Notes under the pieces: generated by a model
What the model was told of the DNA's origin: nothing
The model's database searches: none
The model's input: the letters and a program-made list of their open reading frames with translations, nothing else
Made by a program: the position numbers and the translations under genes
Shown here: positions 1 through 13,200 of the stretch, piece after piece
Position numbering within the stretch: position 1 is the stretch's first letter
Layout: the number at the start of each line of letters is the position of its first letter
DNA from: Paramecium tetraurelia
Taxonomy: Eukaryota
Direction: 5' to 3'
DNA length: 64,000 nt
NCBI GenBank assembly: GCA_000165425.1
Contig: CT868219.1
Span: 314,728 to 378,727, forward strand

Positions 1-446
1 GAAATTTATATTCTTATTATATTTTCTTTCTTTTCAACTTGAACTAATATTTTGACAAATAAATTTTGTAGTACTACAATTATAAATCGAAACTAAAATG
101 AATATCTTATGGAAAAATATTTAATAACAAATTCAAATTCAAAAAATAAATTATTTTCTTTTTTCTATTTAATTATATATCTAATTTATAATATATTAAA
201 TAATATTATCATTGTTTTGTTTGATGAGGCAAAAAAATAATTAAAAATTTATACTTCTTTTTAATTTTACCCATAAACTATCATACTAAATAAAATCTAA
301 TTGGAGTTTGACTTTTAGAATGAGGTGATAATAATTAAGTTATTATTTCGATCCTTTTGAAAATATTTCCTAATTCTATTTATTCATAAACTACGAAAAT
401 TTAAAGAAAATATTCGTTAGATTGTTATTATTTTATATATTATATT

Positions 447-1881
447 TCAATTTTATTCATCTTCTTGTTCAAGAATAATTTGATAATCAGGTAATTTAAC
501 GGTAGGCGACATTAATTTATTACCATTGTATCTATCATAAAAATAAATATTGATATTGCTGATATTAGCTATAAGGGCGATAAACCCAAGAAAGTATATC
601 ATATGTAAATAGCCAATAGCAGTTTCTTCAATCAAAATTTTACCTACGATAATTGGAAATACAGTCAAACCAAAATTTTACATAGAACAAACTACACCAA
701 ATCCAGTTCCTTGGGTATTTGTGCTGACACAAATTGGAATACAAGGCCAAATCAAAGGTGCAAATAAAGAAAAAAACATTCCGTTTAAAATTTGTCCTAT
801 TAGTGCATAATTAAAACATTCATTCTAAACTGAACAATCATTATTTAATGAATAAACTAACATTGATAATGTTGTCAAAAACCCAGAAAGAATTAAAAAA
901 TATGGTCTCTTTCCCACTTTATCTACGATATGACCAATAATTGGTGTTAAAATTATACAAATAATGTAGGGTAGACTATAAAGTAATGTTTAATAAAAGA
1001 ATGTTAGATTATATCTAAGAATAAAATTACAATTAACCTTATTTAAAACATGCGTAGAGCGTTTAACTACAATATAAAAAAGATGCAATATCCACACATA
1101 CAACTTATGGAAATTAAATAGAACCCATAATTAAACTCTTTTAAATCTTTGCAACTCACTGGTTTTTGTTACTCTAATTATAATTGTGCTTATGATTAAT
1201 AATGATTAGAGTCTCTTCTGTCACTTACATAATCAATTACTGTTTCAATGATACAAGATAATGTGATGATCAAAATAGTAGCCAAGCAATAGGTCATACA
1301 AGCTACAAAGCTATTACCATAATTAACATATATTTGAGGAAGTTAATTAACAGCAATAATTGATCCGACTCTGATAAAAGTAAGTTAAATTCTAAGATAA
1401 TTTATTATAATACCCAAAGGCTAACGATATTTCTTTTCCAAAAAACCATTTGGTTAACAAAGCACCTTAAGTGACTAACAAACTAACCTCAGCACCTAGA
1501 CCAAGTAAAAACATGCCTACTTTGAGCAAGTTAAAATCCTTAACCTATGCACTATATACACAAGAACCTAAATTCAACAAAAAAAAGCTTACTTTATCCA
1601 ATAATCAAAAACGCACAAAAAATAAGTAATGCACTTCTAATACCGATTTTATCTATAATAATTCCTCCAAAAAAAGGAAGAATAATGTTGGGCATAGAAT
1701 AAATTGCATAAAGATAATTAATGTCTTGTTGATGTACATTATAATAATTCTAGATTTCTGTTGCTAAAACAAAAGGAAAATCAATGCATAAAGAGCAGCC
1801 GGCCTAAAATAAGCATAGCAATGCTAACAATAACCACCTGATCTTTGTATCATGCCAAGAAGTGTATAATTCTTATTTCAT
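447..1881 (-). CDS. Major facilitator superfamily transporter, MFSD1-like
   Basis: Ciliate-code translation MKQELYTSWHDTKIRWLLLALLCLFQAG...YLYAIYSMPNIILPFFGGIIIDKIGIR (MFS motif A region); many hydrophobic segments; several short introns; ends QEDEQN-TGA. Confidence 0.85.
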
Positions 1882-2429
1882 TCAATTATAAATGAAAAAT
1901 AGTTTAAGAAGGGAAAAACCAACAATTCATTAATTATTATTTTACAATTTTTTTATTAATGGTGGTAAGTTGCATAATCATTTGAAGAGGTATTCATAAT
2001 TAAATCAGATTTTATTACTAAAATTAAATATAAAATTTCAGCAAAAAAAAGAAGAAAAATTTAGAGAAATAATTAAAATGACTTTGGAATTGAATAATAA
2101 GAATCAATAATTAACTAAATTGTTATAAATTTAATTAAATGATTTCATTTGATTATGTACTCATTAGTTGATTTATATAGTCTTTATGATATTTTGTATA
2201 AGCAATGTGATCAAATATAATATTTTGGATTTATGTAACAAATATATACCTTCAGAAACAATATTAAAATTTTGAAAAACAACACATTTATTGGATTAAA
2301 TTAAAAAAAATCTTTATTAAAGAAATTAATGATTTACTTTTATTCATTTATTAATAGTTTAAATTACTAAATTATTTAGTGATGCTCATGAATTGACTCT
2401 CTGTTATGAAATAGCTTTACAATATATTA

Positions 2430-3149
2430 TTTCAAAATTTTCTGTTTTTCAATTAAATTTACTTATTTAGCTGCTTCCCATTACTTAAACACCATGATTA
2501 CATTCCTTCGTTTTTTTGTCTACCCATACCATTTGCCTTCTTCGTATTTTTGCATTCATCAATTAAGAGGCTAATTATAACATGAATTACTTTCAACCTC
2601 TTCTTTCTATTCCACAATAACAACCTGATTGATATCTCAAGATCAGTCCACATATTTGTTAGGACCATAACTTTTGTATTACAGGTACAAGCTGAAGGGT
2701 TGAGTTTAAGTGGCATCCAACCAAAAATACAACCTAAGGTGGGATTTGCAGATTAGATTATATTCAAAGTTATTTTTACAGTAAATCCTAATTAAGGATA
2801 TTATTCAAAAGTAACTATTTGTTTACAGAAATTGTGTAACTCCTAAATTTATATCGTAAGATATAATAGGTTTTTTAGAATTACTGTATATTTCGCAAAT
2901 AAAGTTAATTATGCTTTCTTAAATAGGTTGATTAGTAGTATTATTATGGATGGATTATCAAAAATCTACAGTATATTTCCAAAGTAGAATTATTCAGTTA
3001 GGTGAACAATTTTATTTCTATTGAACTTTATGTTGGATATTATTACAATTAAGGGGTTTACTTATGAAATTAAGAATTAATTAATAATAGTTAATAGTAT
3101 TTTTAATTATTTCAAATTAATTCCTACTCAATTAAGTAATAGTAGCCAT
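2430..3149 (-). pseudogene. Possible decayed gene or hypothetical protein remnant
   Basis: Long TGA-free stretches in ciliate code and one intron-like GTAATTCATGTTATAATTAG, but no single consistent frame from ATG to stop. Confidence 0.25.
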
Positions 3150-3540
3150 TATAAAAATAAAGAGAGTTTTAGTATTTATATGTTATTGAATTTACAGATC
3201 GAAATTATCTTTTTGATTCAGATTTGATAGCGATATGATAAAAGTCTCTTAGTAGGGTATATTTTAAATTAGAAATTATTGATACACAAATAACATTTTC
3301 AGAATATATTATTAGGTTTAGTTAACCATATATAAAACATTTAAAGATAATTAGATTATTGTTCAAATTTTCTCTATCTTCATTTTTAATAATTTTAATG
3401 TGATCTATGAATTAATATTTTTGTGGAAACTTTAAAATTTTCAGTATTTAGTTGAAATATCATCAATTGAATTTTTGAAATTAATATGAACTGAAAACCT
3501 TCCAATTTCCTAATTTTGAGATTATAATTTATTAAATAAT

Positions 3541-4561
3541 ATGATAAGGAGTGTTATAAAATGCATTTTTTAAAGTACTATGGTAATGTTAAATAATAGT
3601 AAGATAACCCAAAGTTTTATATATGATCAATCCTGACCCAATATTTTATGCAGAAATGGATGATCTAATAATTAATTAATTAACTTAGCAAAATGCTTAG
3701 GTTTAAAGAGTAAATCTAAAGGACATAAGTTTCACAGTTGGAAATGTAAAATCATGTTATTTTCAAAGGAATTTAAATTTTATATAAATAACGAGCTAAT
3801 AGATTTTGATGCATTCTTAGCGTATGGATACATGAATCCTAAGCATTTTCTTGACTATTTGTATATTAACTAGGCAGTTCATGCATCAGGTCGAATTACT
3901 TTACATAAACCTGAGACAGAACACATCCTCTACAATAAATTACTTTAATACATCAACTTTTCTAAGTACAAAATACCTTTTCCAAAAATTGGAGCGGCAT
4001 TTTCAATAAACTCATTTAAATCAGTTATATAATAATTTGATGAAGAAGCAATCATGAAAGATGTTCATGGATATTCAGGAATAGGAGTGCATCTAACTCA
4101 TTGTAGAAACAATAGTGTAGAAATGTACTCACGTGCTTTGTGGAAATAAGAACAACAAATATCTTAAGTGTATGTTGATGATTGTCCTGGAAAATCAGTG
4201 AGAGTCCTTGTAATAGGAGGTAAAGCAGCATCAGTTGCTGAATTTAAGTTTAGTAAAGTAAAATATCATTTGGAGTTTAAAATAGAATTTTAGGTCAGTT
4301 GGTTTAAGTGAAGAGGCTTCAGTGGAGTCATTAATGAATTCGGAAAAGAAGAATATATATTGTGATCTGGCTGAAAAAGCGTGTCTAGCTATTGATGATA
4401 ATTTAACAGTTGGGGGAGTGGATATATTGGATTCTAAGAGATTTGGGTTATAGGTTTTGGAAGTAAACAGTTGCCCTGAGATTTGCGATTCTATTGATGC
4501 TACTAATCTACCTTTACTTGAGTATTTTGGATAGGCTTTCCTTAAAAAAATAAAAATTTGA
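3541..4561 (+). CDS. RimK/LysX-family ATP-grasp ligase
   Basis: Three introns (25, 23, 28 nt) give a 314-aa protein with NKLLQY, IPFPK, MKDVHGYSGIGV, VRVLVIGGK..NFRS and GVDILDS..G..VLEVNSCP, the RimK-type ATP-grasp motifs. Confidence 0.85.
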
Positions 4562-4699
4562 TTTTGTTTTGGGCATTTATAATTAACATAGCATATTTAA
4601 TAATTCATTTTAACTATTCTGAATAATTTTGAATATGTAAAATATCAAAAACAAATTTTTTTAATAATTGAAATAATATTTTTTATTTATTTTCAATAT

Positions 4700-5712
4700 A
4701 TGATAAATCGTATATTATTATAAACATGGAGCAAATTGGCATTTCAGACAAGATACTTCAATGTTTAGGCACCAGCAACTTAGAGTGAAAAATTGTTGTA
4801 ATTCACTGATGCATTGACTAAATAATAATTGAAAGATACTAAATAATAGGTCTCATAGGGAAGATCTTGGAAGGTAGAGGAATTGCGATTGAAATCAACA
4901 GAAGATTTAACAAAATTGTGGTACTTTTTCAAATTAATGATTGAGGTATGTAATGTTGAAGGAAAAGAATTTATTATTATCAGATGGCATATTTTTCAAA
5001 AAAGTGGTAGGTGTCAAAGGTAGGATGGGAAAACTTGTGCAACTCAAAATATCAATGGCCAGATTAAAGACTGTTGTATAGGAGAGGGATAGAATCAGAT
5101 AAAAATATAGAAAATAATTAGAAGATGAGTACGTGAAATAAAAGACAGAATAATATTTGGCTTAGGTAAGTTATTGATATATTTGCAGCAATAAGAAATC
5201 AGTAAGTCAGAAATTGAAGTTCCAGAAATAACCCCTAATCTTTTAAGAGCCAAAGTCAGAGATCTTAAATTGGGAAAAGATGATGTCTCCTATATTGAAC
5301 AGGCATTAAGAATTAAACATAAGAAAGAAGATTATAAATAGTATTTAAGAGAGAAATATGATTATAAAAATAAGCCAATTGTTAGGTTGGGAGAGAGTCT
5401 CCCAGAGGGAAAGACAGAGGTATACACTCTTTTATTAATAATGAGGATTAAGTCATTAGATAATTTAAGTCTTCAGTATAAGAATAAATAGAGACTGCTA
5501 AACCAATACCTTAAGATGAGATTTTGAGATCACATGTCAAAAATTGGTTCATGTTGGGTCCAAAATAAAAGAGAGTCATTGTGAATTTCTTATAGGCAAG
5601 AAGAGCCAGAGAATCTAAATCACTATTTTTAAGAGAATTAGACTTATTAGGATAGAAGATTAGACATGATTTACAACAATACCAATAATAAAAATAAGCA
5701 TAGTAGTAATGA
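4700..5712 (+). CDS. MRPL47: Mitochondrial ribosomal protein uL29m (MRP-L47) with C-terminal extension
   Basis: [32 protein letters not shown] and SMARLKTVVQER motifs; Arg/Ser/Leu-rich, acid-free N-terminus MINRILLQTWSKLAFQTRYF; three short introns. Confidence 0.9.
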
Positions 5713-5787
5713 TATAATATATAATGAGTATTAAAGAAATTATCAAATAAAATATGATCTTTTAATATAAATATTTCATTTTTTCTT

Positions 5788-6654
5788 ATGAAAAAAGGAA
5801 AAAAATAAAAAGATTCACTAAAGAAGCAAGAAGAACAAATTGAAAATTTTTGGAAGGCCTAAAAACTAGATCTTAACTTTTTAGATGGGTTGAACCTCAT
5901 GAATCAATAATATCCACAAAATAAACAAATATTTGTGAATGAATTGATGGATATATAAAAAAGAAACTCAAAAGTCAGATGTGTAAAGAAAAGAAATAAT
6001 AATGCTCCATTAATTGATTGTAGAACAAAAGATATACCTCAAAAAATTAGTGAACCTATTAATAATCAATAAATCGAAATTGAGAAAATATCACAAGTAA
6101 ATGAGCCAATCGCCATAGAAGTTAGCAACAACAATGCGGTTATTGTGATTAGTTCTGATGAATCCGTAATATGTCTAAATGATGTTGAAGATCAACTTTT
6201 AGATGATTATTTATCATGTCATGATGACTAGTAATCTAAGACTTAAGCTTAACCACAAATCTATTAAAGAGCCAGACAACCTCCTCAAATACCTAGATAT
6301 TTATAATATGAGCCAGAGAAATCCAGTTCTTCTTCAATAAATCTTAGTTAACCATTATCAGCGAGTTTAGTTTTTCAGTTCATGAATGATGAATATGATT
6401 TCCAAAGAAACTTTGATGAATGGAGCTTAAGTAGTTTAGAATCTAAAACTCCACCAATTAAAAATAATCAACATTACAATACATTTTTAGAATTGTAAAA
6501 GTATTTCTCAACAATTACTGATTATTAATATGAGGCTTTATTATTAGCATATAATAATGATTATAAACTTGTGATGAGGATCTTAGAAGTTGATTAAAAG
6601 TAAATACAAAGATTATTGGATAAAAATAAAAATAGAAAAAGAGTGAAAAAATGA
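5788..6654 (+). CDS. Hypothetical nuclear protein with SIM-like motifs and C-terminal CUE/UBA-like helical domain
   Basis: Intronless 288-aa ORF in ciliate code; basic N- and C-termini; VIVISSDESVICLND; FLELQKYFSTITDYQYEALLLAYNNDYKLVMRILE. Confidence 0.7.
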
Positions 6655-6995
6655 TTCATTTATAATATTCTTTGTATTTATATTATAATTCCTTACTTTT
6701 GCAAGTTAAATAATATAATATTTATGAATTTAAATAAGAAATTATTTTCATTAATCTAAAAATATTATTAGAAATTTTTTTTGCGTTTATTTCCATAAGT
6801 CTTATTTTGAAGAAAAATTTAATTGAAATTCCAACACCTTCAATAATATAAATATGCTTTTTAGGAAATATATATTATCTGAATAAGACAATTGGAATAA
6901 TTATATAAACAAGATATTAAATGTTATATTAAAATAAAACTGCATACATTATTTGATATCTAATCATTTCTGTTAATAAAAATATTAAAACATTT

Positions 6996-7740
6996 TCAAT
7001 TTAGTGTTAATTGATAAAAAGAAAGAGATTCTGTTGATGATTTATTTTACAATTCCAAAAAATAACTATCAGGAACTATTTTCTATTTAAGATCCCAATT
7101 GAATATCCAAAATTAAGACTTACAAAATTACATATTTATCTAGTATTTGGTTGATTTCTTATTATCATTCTAATTTGAATAACACAAATGTCTTGTCAGT
7201 AGTTGTAGTTATCCTCTCCTTTCCCTATAGACTTTGACTAATGGATTGCTAATAGACCCTAGCCCACTTTCCAATTACACGTTTTCTAAACTGTCTTACT
7301 TACTAAGCACAATATCATTCTTTTTAGTTTAGCTAAGCCAAATCTCGACCCAGCATTTCCACATTATTTAAGGCTGTAGTTCCTCATCTACTTATTTTTC
7401 TAATTTCTCAACTATTGTATATTCCGTTTCTAATTTTTAAGGAATAAATTACTTATAAGTTTACCATTGCTTTGATCAACTACAAATTTCACTTTAGTTC
7501 CATTAGATATTTTCGTTGAAGTAAAATGAATCTGATTTGACTTAGTTACCCAACTTAATGAGTACTCAATAGGACAGGTAATTACAGATTCATTATTTTG
7601 TTCAGAAAACTTAGATTCCCCTTCTGATATGATCTTGGATAAAATGACAAATAAACTTTTATTTATGAGTGAGTCCATAATTACACTTCTCCCTTGGCAG
7701 GCCAAAAAAAATTGTTTTATTGTGATTGCTATTATCCCAT
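6996..7740 (-). CDS. Hypothetical protein with an apparent 1-nt frameshift near the start
   Basis: MGQQQSQQNNFF start is out of frame with the downstream body (ACQGRSVIMDSL...) across the A8 run at 7704-7711; one 23-nt intron; body open to TGA at 6996. Confidence 0.55.
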
Positions 7741-7799
7741 TTTAATTATAGTTTATTATTCAATCTCATTTAAAAAGTAGAACTCAAATAAATTTCATG

Positions 7800-9776
7800 A
7801 GATCTCAGTAAAATCCACTTCATTCAACAATTATTAATTCTTTCTTAATAATTTTTCAATACAAAAAAAGAAACCGAATCATATATTCTATCAATGAACA
7901 TAAATTCCTTTAAAGAAATTGAATAGAATATTTAAAAACACATTATGGCAGCTAAACTCTTTTTATTTTATTATGAAATAAACAGATAACAAAATATATT
8001 CTATTTGCAATCCTTTTAAGATAACAAATCCTTTTAAATTTTCTTTCATTTTTAGAATTACTGATTCAATTGAATAATATAAAATTTAGTGTTATTTATC
8101 ATTAAATTGTATTAATGAAGCATCCATAATTAAATATAAATCTATAAAAAAGGGAAATTGACATGTAACACAATCTGGAATTTTCCAAAAGTAATTATCT
8201 TTAGATCAACAATATTTTAAAGAAGAAGTTAATTCGTTTATAAATTTTCAAGATTCAAACTCAAGTTTTTATGTAGCATTTATAATCAGATTATAACAGC
8301 TTAGCTGATTTTTTAATATTAATCGAAATCCTATTAAGGTAAAAACAATATTAATGATTTCAGATAACAAAAATAACTTAATAATAATGGATCCTTGTAA
8401 ATTTTAATAATAATGTTAGTATATCTAATTCTTATACTAAAAAAAATATTAAATATTCAATTCAATTGTTATTGTGAGAAATCAAAGTTTCATTTTAGAT
8501 TGTAAAATCTATGTATAATTAGAAATACACACAATAAAAATTAATCAATTTCGTTTTTTGGAGTAGATGAGGCATGGAAGGGAAGATCTTTAAATTTACA
8601 TACTTTTCATTTACAGATCGCCACATTCTTCATTTATTAACCATGCATCATCATAACTGAATTATTTACTTTTTGTTACAAGATCAGGGAATTAATTGTC
8701 TAAATGATTGAGTTTTTCTGGTTGTAAATCCAACCATTATACTTATTTTTTATTTTTGAAATCTTTGTTATTTATTCTTTATTCAATGGTAGTTTTTTCA
8801 GTCCTAACTTATTACGATATACTTTTCTAAGTCTTTTCATCTTAATTCGCTACTTTAATTGTGTAGAATGAATGAAAATTGTCTATGTCTCTAACTGAAA
8901 GAAACTTTTGATTAAGCTCTAGGTTATTTTTTGGTATATTGAAAATCCAGAGCACTATATCTGAACATCTTGGCTCTTTAACATAGCTTTCGAAGACATT
9001 TTCAAAATAATAAAGCTGGAATTTCGGAAATTTGACGATCAGTTCAATTTCTCTCTCTGAATTTTGAACACATGAATGATAGACATTATTAAAATATATC
9101 CCACATTTTGGTTTTTTTTTATGTTAATCAAATTCTTTAGAAGGCCAATTGAAACATTTACTATAATAGACAAGCATTCCATTATTTTAGAGTGAAATCA
9201 TTCTTGAATTGTGATATAGAAAACTATTATTCATTTTTTTGGCTTTTATTATTTTTCCTTACAAAAATGACTCAATTTTTAACTATTTTTTGCCTTTATG
9301 AGATTAAAACTCGTTGTGCATAATAAAAATAATATCATTTTACAAAAAAAAATCGTTTATTTATCTATTATTCAATCTTTGCCTTCGTTTCTTTTACTTC
9401 CAATATTCAGATAGTGGAACTACATAGTTTTCTATGTAATGAAGAAGAATAATTAGAAAAAATGAAGTAAACTAGCTCTAAGTTGATAAATTTATAAATT
9501 TATGTTATTTCTTAATAGCTTTCTAATCAAAGATATAGTTATTTTTATATTTAAGTGTTTTTAATTATGTATAAAAATTTTAGCAGACTTAGATAAATAT
9601 TACCTACTCCTCACATAATTAAATATCATAAAATAGGAATAATTATTAAAATTTTATATAATTTTATTAGTTAATTTGAAAATTAATATCGATAAATGCA
9701 ATCCTCCGAAAATACGATTATTACTAATTCGTTGACTTACAACTTGATTTAGGGTTGATAAAATAGGTCGATTCAT
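7800..9776 (-). pseudogene. Hypothetical or decayed coding region
   Basis: Open frames of several hundred nt (MNRPILSTLNQV...; FENVFESYVKEPRCSDIVLWIFNIP...) that I could not join into one clean spliced frame. Confidence 0.35.
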
Positions 9777-10253
9777 AAAAATAACAAAAGACAAATCTAT
9801 TATATATAATTACAATTTGGAATAAAGTAACAACGAAGCATATGGACTTTAAGAGATAAAGATATTATGTAAGATAGAAAAGACAATTAAAAAGACAATG
9901 GAATAGAAAAGTTTGTGATATATACCATCTGTTTCATGAGGTTATTTTAAGGCTTGATAAAATAAAAATAAATTTACATTATTCTCATACTAAAACTATC
10001 ACCAAAGTTAATTAAATGGTGGTGAATTCCTTAGGTAAAAACAAAATTGATAGATGGGAATTATTATAATAATTGAAACGATGTGTTATTCAATATTGAG
10101 TAGTTAAGATTAAAATGAATTTTTATTATATCTTATGAGAAAATTGGAATATAATTTAATTTTTCAAAATTTTAATATTCTTATCTTGAGATAATTAAAG
10201 TAAAATATAAGTTTAAATCTTCTAGATTATATACAGTGATTTCAATATTAAAA

Positions 10254-13200
10254 ATGCTTATAAAAGTAGTATTATACTTGATAGTTGTTTCTAATTCGTC
10301 GTGCATGGTTTGCAATTACTTCCCCATGGATCCCATAGCATGTATAAGCAAAACCGAAGGCGTGATGTGTAAATTCCTCATTTAATCACTTAGGTCAATT
10401 TAGTGTTTTTGACAATGCTTGCTTACCAATTCGCAGCACGAATGTTGGATGTATTCCTTAATTAAACAAAATGGCATGCTTAAATTAACTGACAAATAGT
10501 GATGGCAATGAAGCAAGATGTATGATGTTTGAAGTTATTTAAGGTTACTTTGGGTAACGATGTATGGATGCACAGTAAACCCATTTGATGAATTTGGGAT
10601 GTTCAAAATAGCTTTCTCGAAATTCTTGCACAAATGTGATAGGCAAGGATTGTCTTTGGAATGGGAATGAATGCATGGAGACTTCAGAAAGGGCATTGCA
10701 GATTGCATATTGTTCTGAAGTTTATAAGGCTCCAGTTACAGCAAGTCTTTGTTCGAAGATAAAGGGAATCAATTGTAAGAGCAGCTAATTTGAAGGGGAT
10801 TATGCTTGCATTAATGTAAAGGATGAATAGATTTAATATTTAAAATGCAGTACTCCTGGTTTGAATGAAGATGCTTGTGTTAGGATTACAGGATAAAAAT
10901 GTAACTGATATGAGTAAGCTAGGCATTTTTAAAAACATGATGTGTTAGGAGTCGAATGAAATGTCTGGATGTAATGATTCTGTAAATAAGGAATTGTGTT
11001 TATCTGTAGAGGATCCAAATCTGACATGTTAATGGTATAAAAACAGATGTCAACAAGCAATCTTGAAAGAAACAATGAAATGTTAGGATTATACTGAAGT
11101 AAATCCTACTGTCTGTGCAAAATAGAAGGGTTAATGTCAATATCAGTAAGGTAGATGCATAGTTCCGAAAAACTCAGATCAAAGTTGTTCAGATTTAGGA
11201 TTGAGCAAAGAAACTTGTTTACAAGTTAAAGATGATTATTGTTAGTTCATTAATAATTAATGTAAGAGATTGGAAAATGACGAACTAAATCACATTCTTT
11301 GCACTAATTTAAATTAGGATTCATGTGTGAATGTAACAACTTAGTTTTAGTTTTGTAAATGGACAGGATCAGAATGTGTTTCTATTTTTATAAATCAAGA
11401 ATTAGATTGTCCAATATTAGATGTAGATAAGAATGTTAAATTTAATGGAAATGTGTGTAGAGCTATCTCAAAGCCTGGAGTTAAATGCAAATACAACTCA
11501 AAAAAGTCTTTATGTGAAAAGAGTATAGATAGTGATGATTGCACTACTTCATATTTGAATTTAAATGGATGCACTGCCATATTGGGAATGGCCTGTAAAT
11601 GGACTGATAGTGGGTGCACTGTGGCATAGATTACTTAAGAAATTACAAGTTGTTTAGATTTAGGATTTGCAAATAAAGTGGCGTGTTCTTAAGTAATTAA
11701 ATCAGATGAGGATGGATGTTATTTTGACATTAATGCCTAATAATGTAGATTAGTCAATGATCAATTGCTCAAACAGATTGAATGTACAGGTATGGGATTA
11801 AGCAGAATTGCATGTGCTCAAGTAATAACTGTAGGTCAGATCTGTAGATGGTATAATAATTCATGTCAACAAATAAAAACTAAATAGGACGTTTCATAAG
11901 TATTCTGTTTACAAATGCAATACGTTAATCCTGCTGCTTGTGCTTTAGTTGATGCCGGCAAAGAGGTCTGTAGATATGAACAAGTAGCGAAGGGCTGTGT
12001 GAATAGTTTGGATACTGAAACCATGACTTGCACATACCCAGGACTGAATGCTTATGCTTGTGCTTAAATTTAACTTAAAAGTTGCTATTATGATAAAGTG
12101 CAATGGTAATGTAAGTAAATTTAAGTGATATCTGCTAATTATCTTACCAGAAAGTTGACAGAACAATTATTATTGACTTCTGATTGTATAAACAGTTCAC
12201 CTACTCCTGATGTTTGTAGATCAATCACTAAAGTTGGACAGAAGTGCACTTGGTTGTTTAGGGAAAGCAGGTGCTCAACTTAATTTATTACATTCAACGA
12301 AAGTTGTTTGGATTACAATTCAGCCTATACTGGTAAAAATATTTTAATAAATCCCAATGTTTGTGCTTCTATTGAAATGGAATTGCCAGAATATGATGCA
12401 GTCAAGGGGCCTTTGATTGATAAAATGAAAGGCTATTGCATTTATGAAGGTGGTAATTGCAATGTGTTCAAAGCTATTTGTGCTACTCCTTGTTGTACTG
12501 AGTTTCTTGGTATCAATTCCCATGTTTGCGGACGATTTTCTACAGGTAAGTATTGTTACTTCAGCAATGAATTGAAATGTACAGAACTGACTATGGATGT
12601 TGTAGATATCACAGTTGAAAAATAGGTTAAGGATTTTTACAATTCCCAATAGCTCAAATGTTCATCTATGAATAAGAATTCATGTCATATGATTGAGTGG
12701 TCAACATAACAACATTGCTATTTTAATGGAAATTTGTGTGTCAATGTCAATTTTAATTTGTTCCCAAATTTGAATATTTTTACAGATCCTACATAAATCT
12801 TGAATAAATATGCTTGCTTATCTATTGAAGCCATGATAACGACTTAAAATGCAGTGAAATATTTTGGATATTAGGATAAACATTGTATTGCAGATCCACC
12901 CATTGTAGATTTATTAAATTGTGAATCGACAGAACTAAATAGCAATGCATGTTTAGTTAAATATCCAAATATCCTTTGCAGATGGAATAAACAAGAATTA
13001 AAGTGTAAAAATATAGATACTGAATATGTATCAACTTTGAATTATTGTGATTAATATTTGAATGAGTTTGGATGTGTGAATATCTAAAAGGCAAGTTGTT
13101 TCTTTTCTTACATAATTGATAAATGCGTTGATGCACCAAGGGCAGTCTCATGTGGATATTTTGGATCTACAACAGGAAAGGTTAGTAAGTTGGCTTGTAT

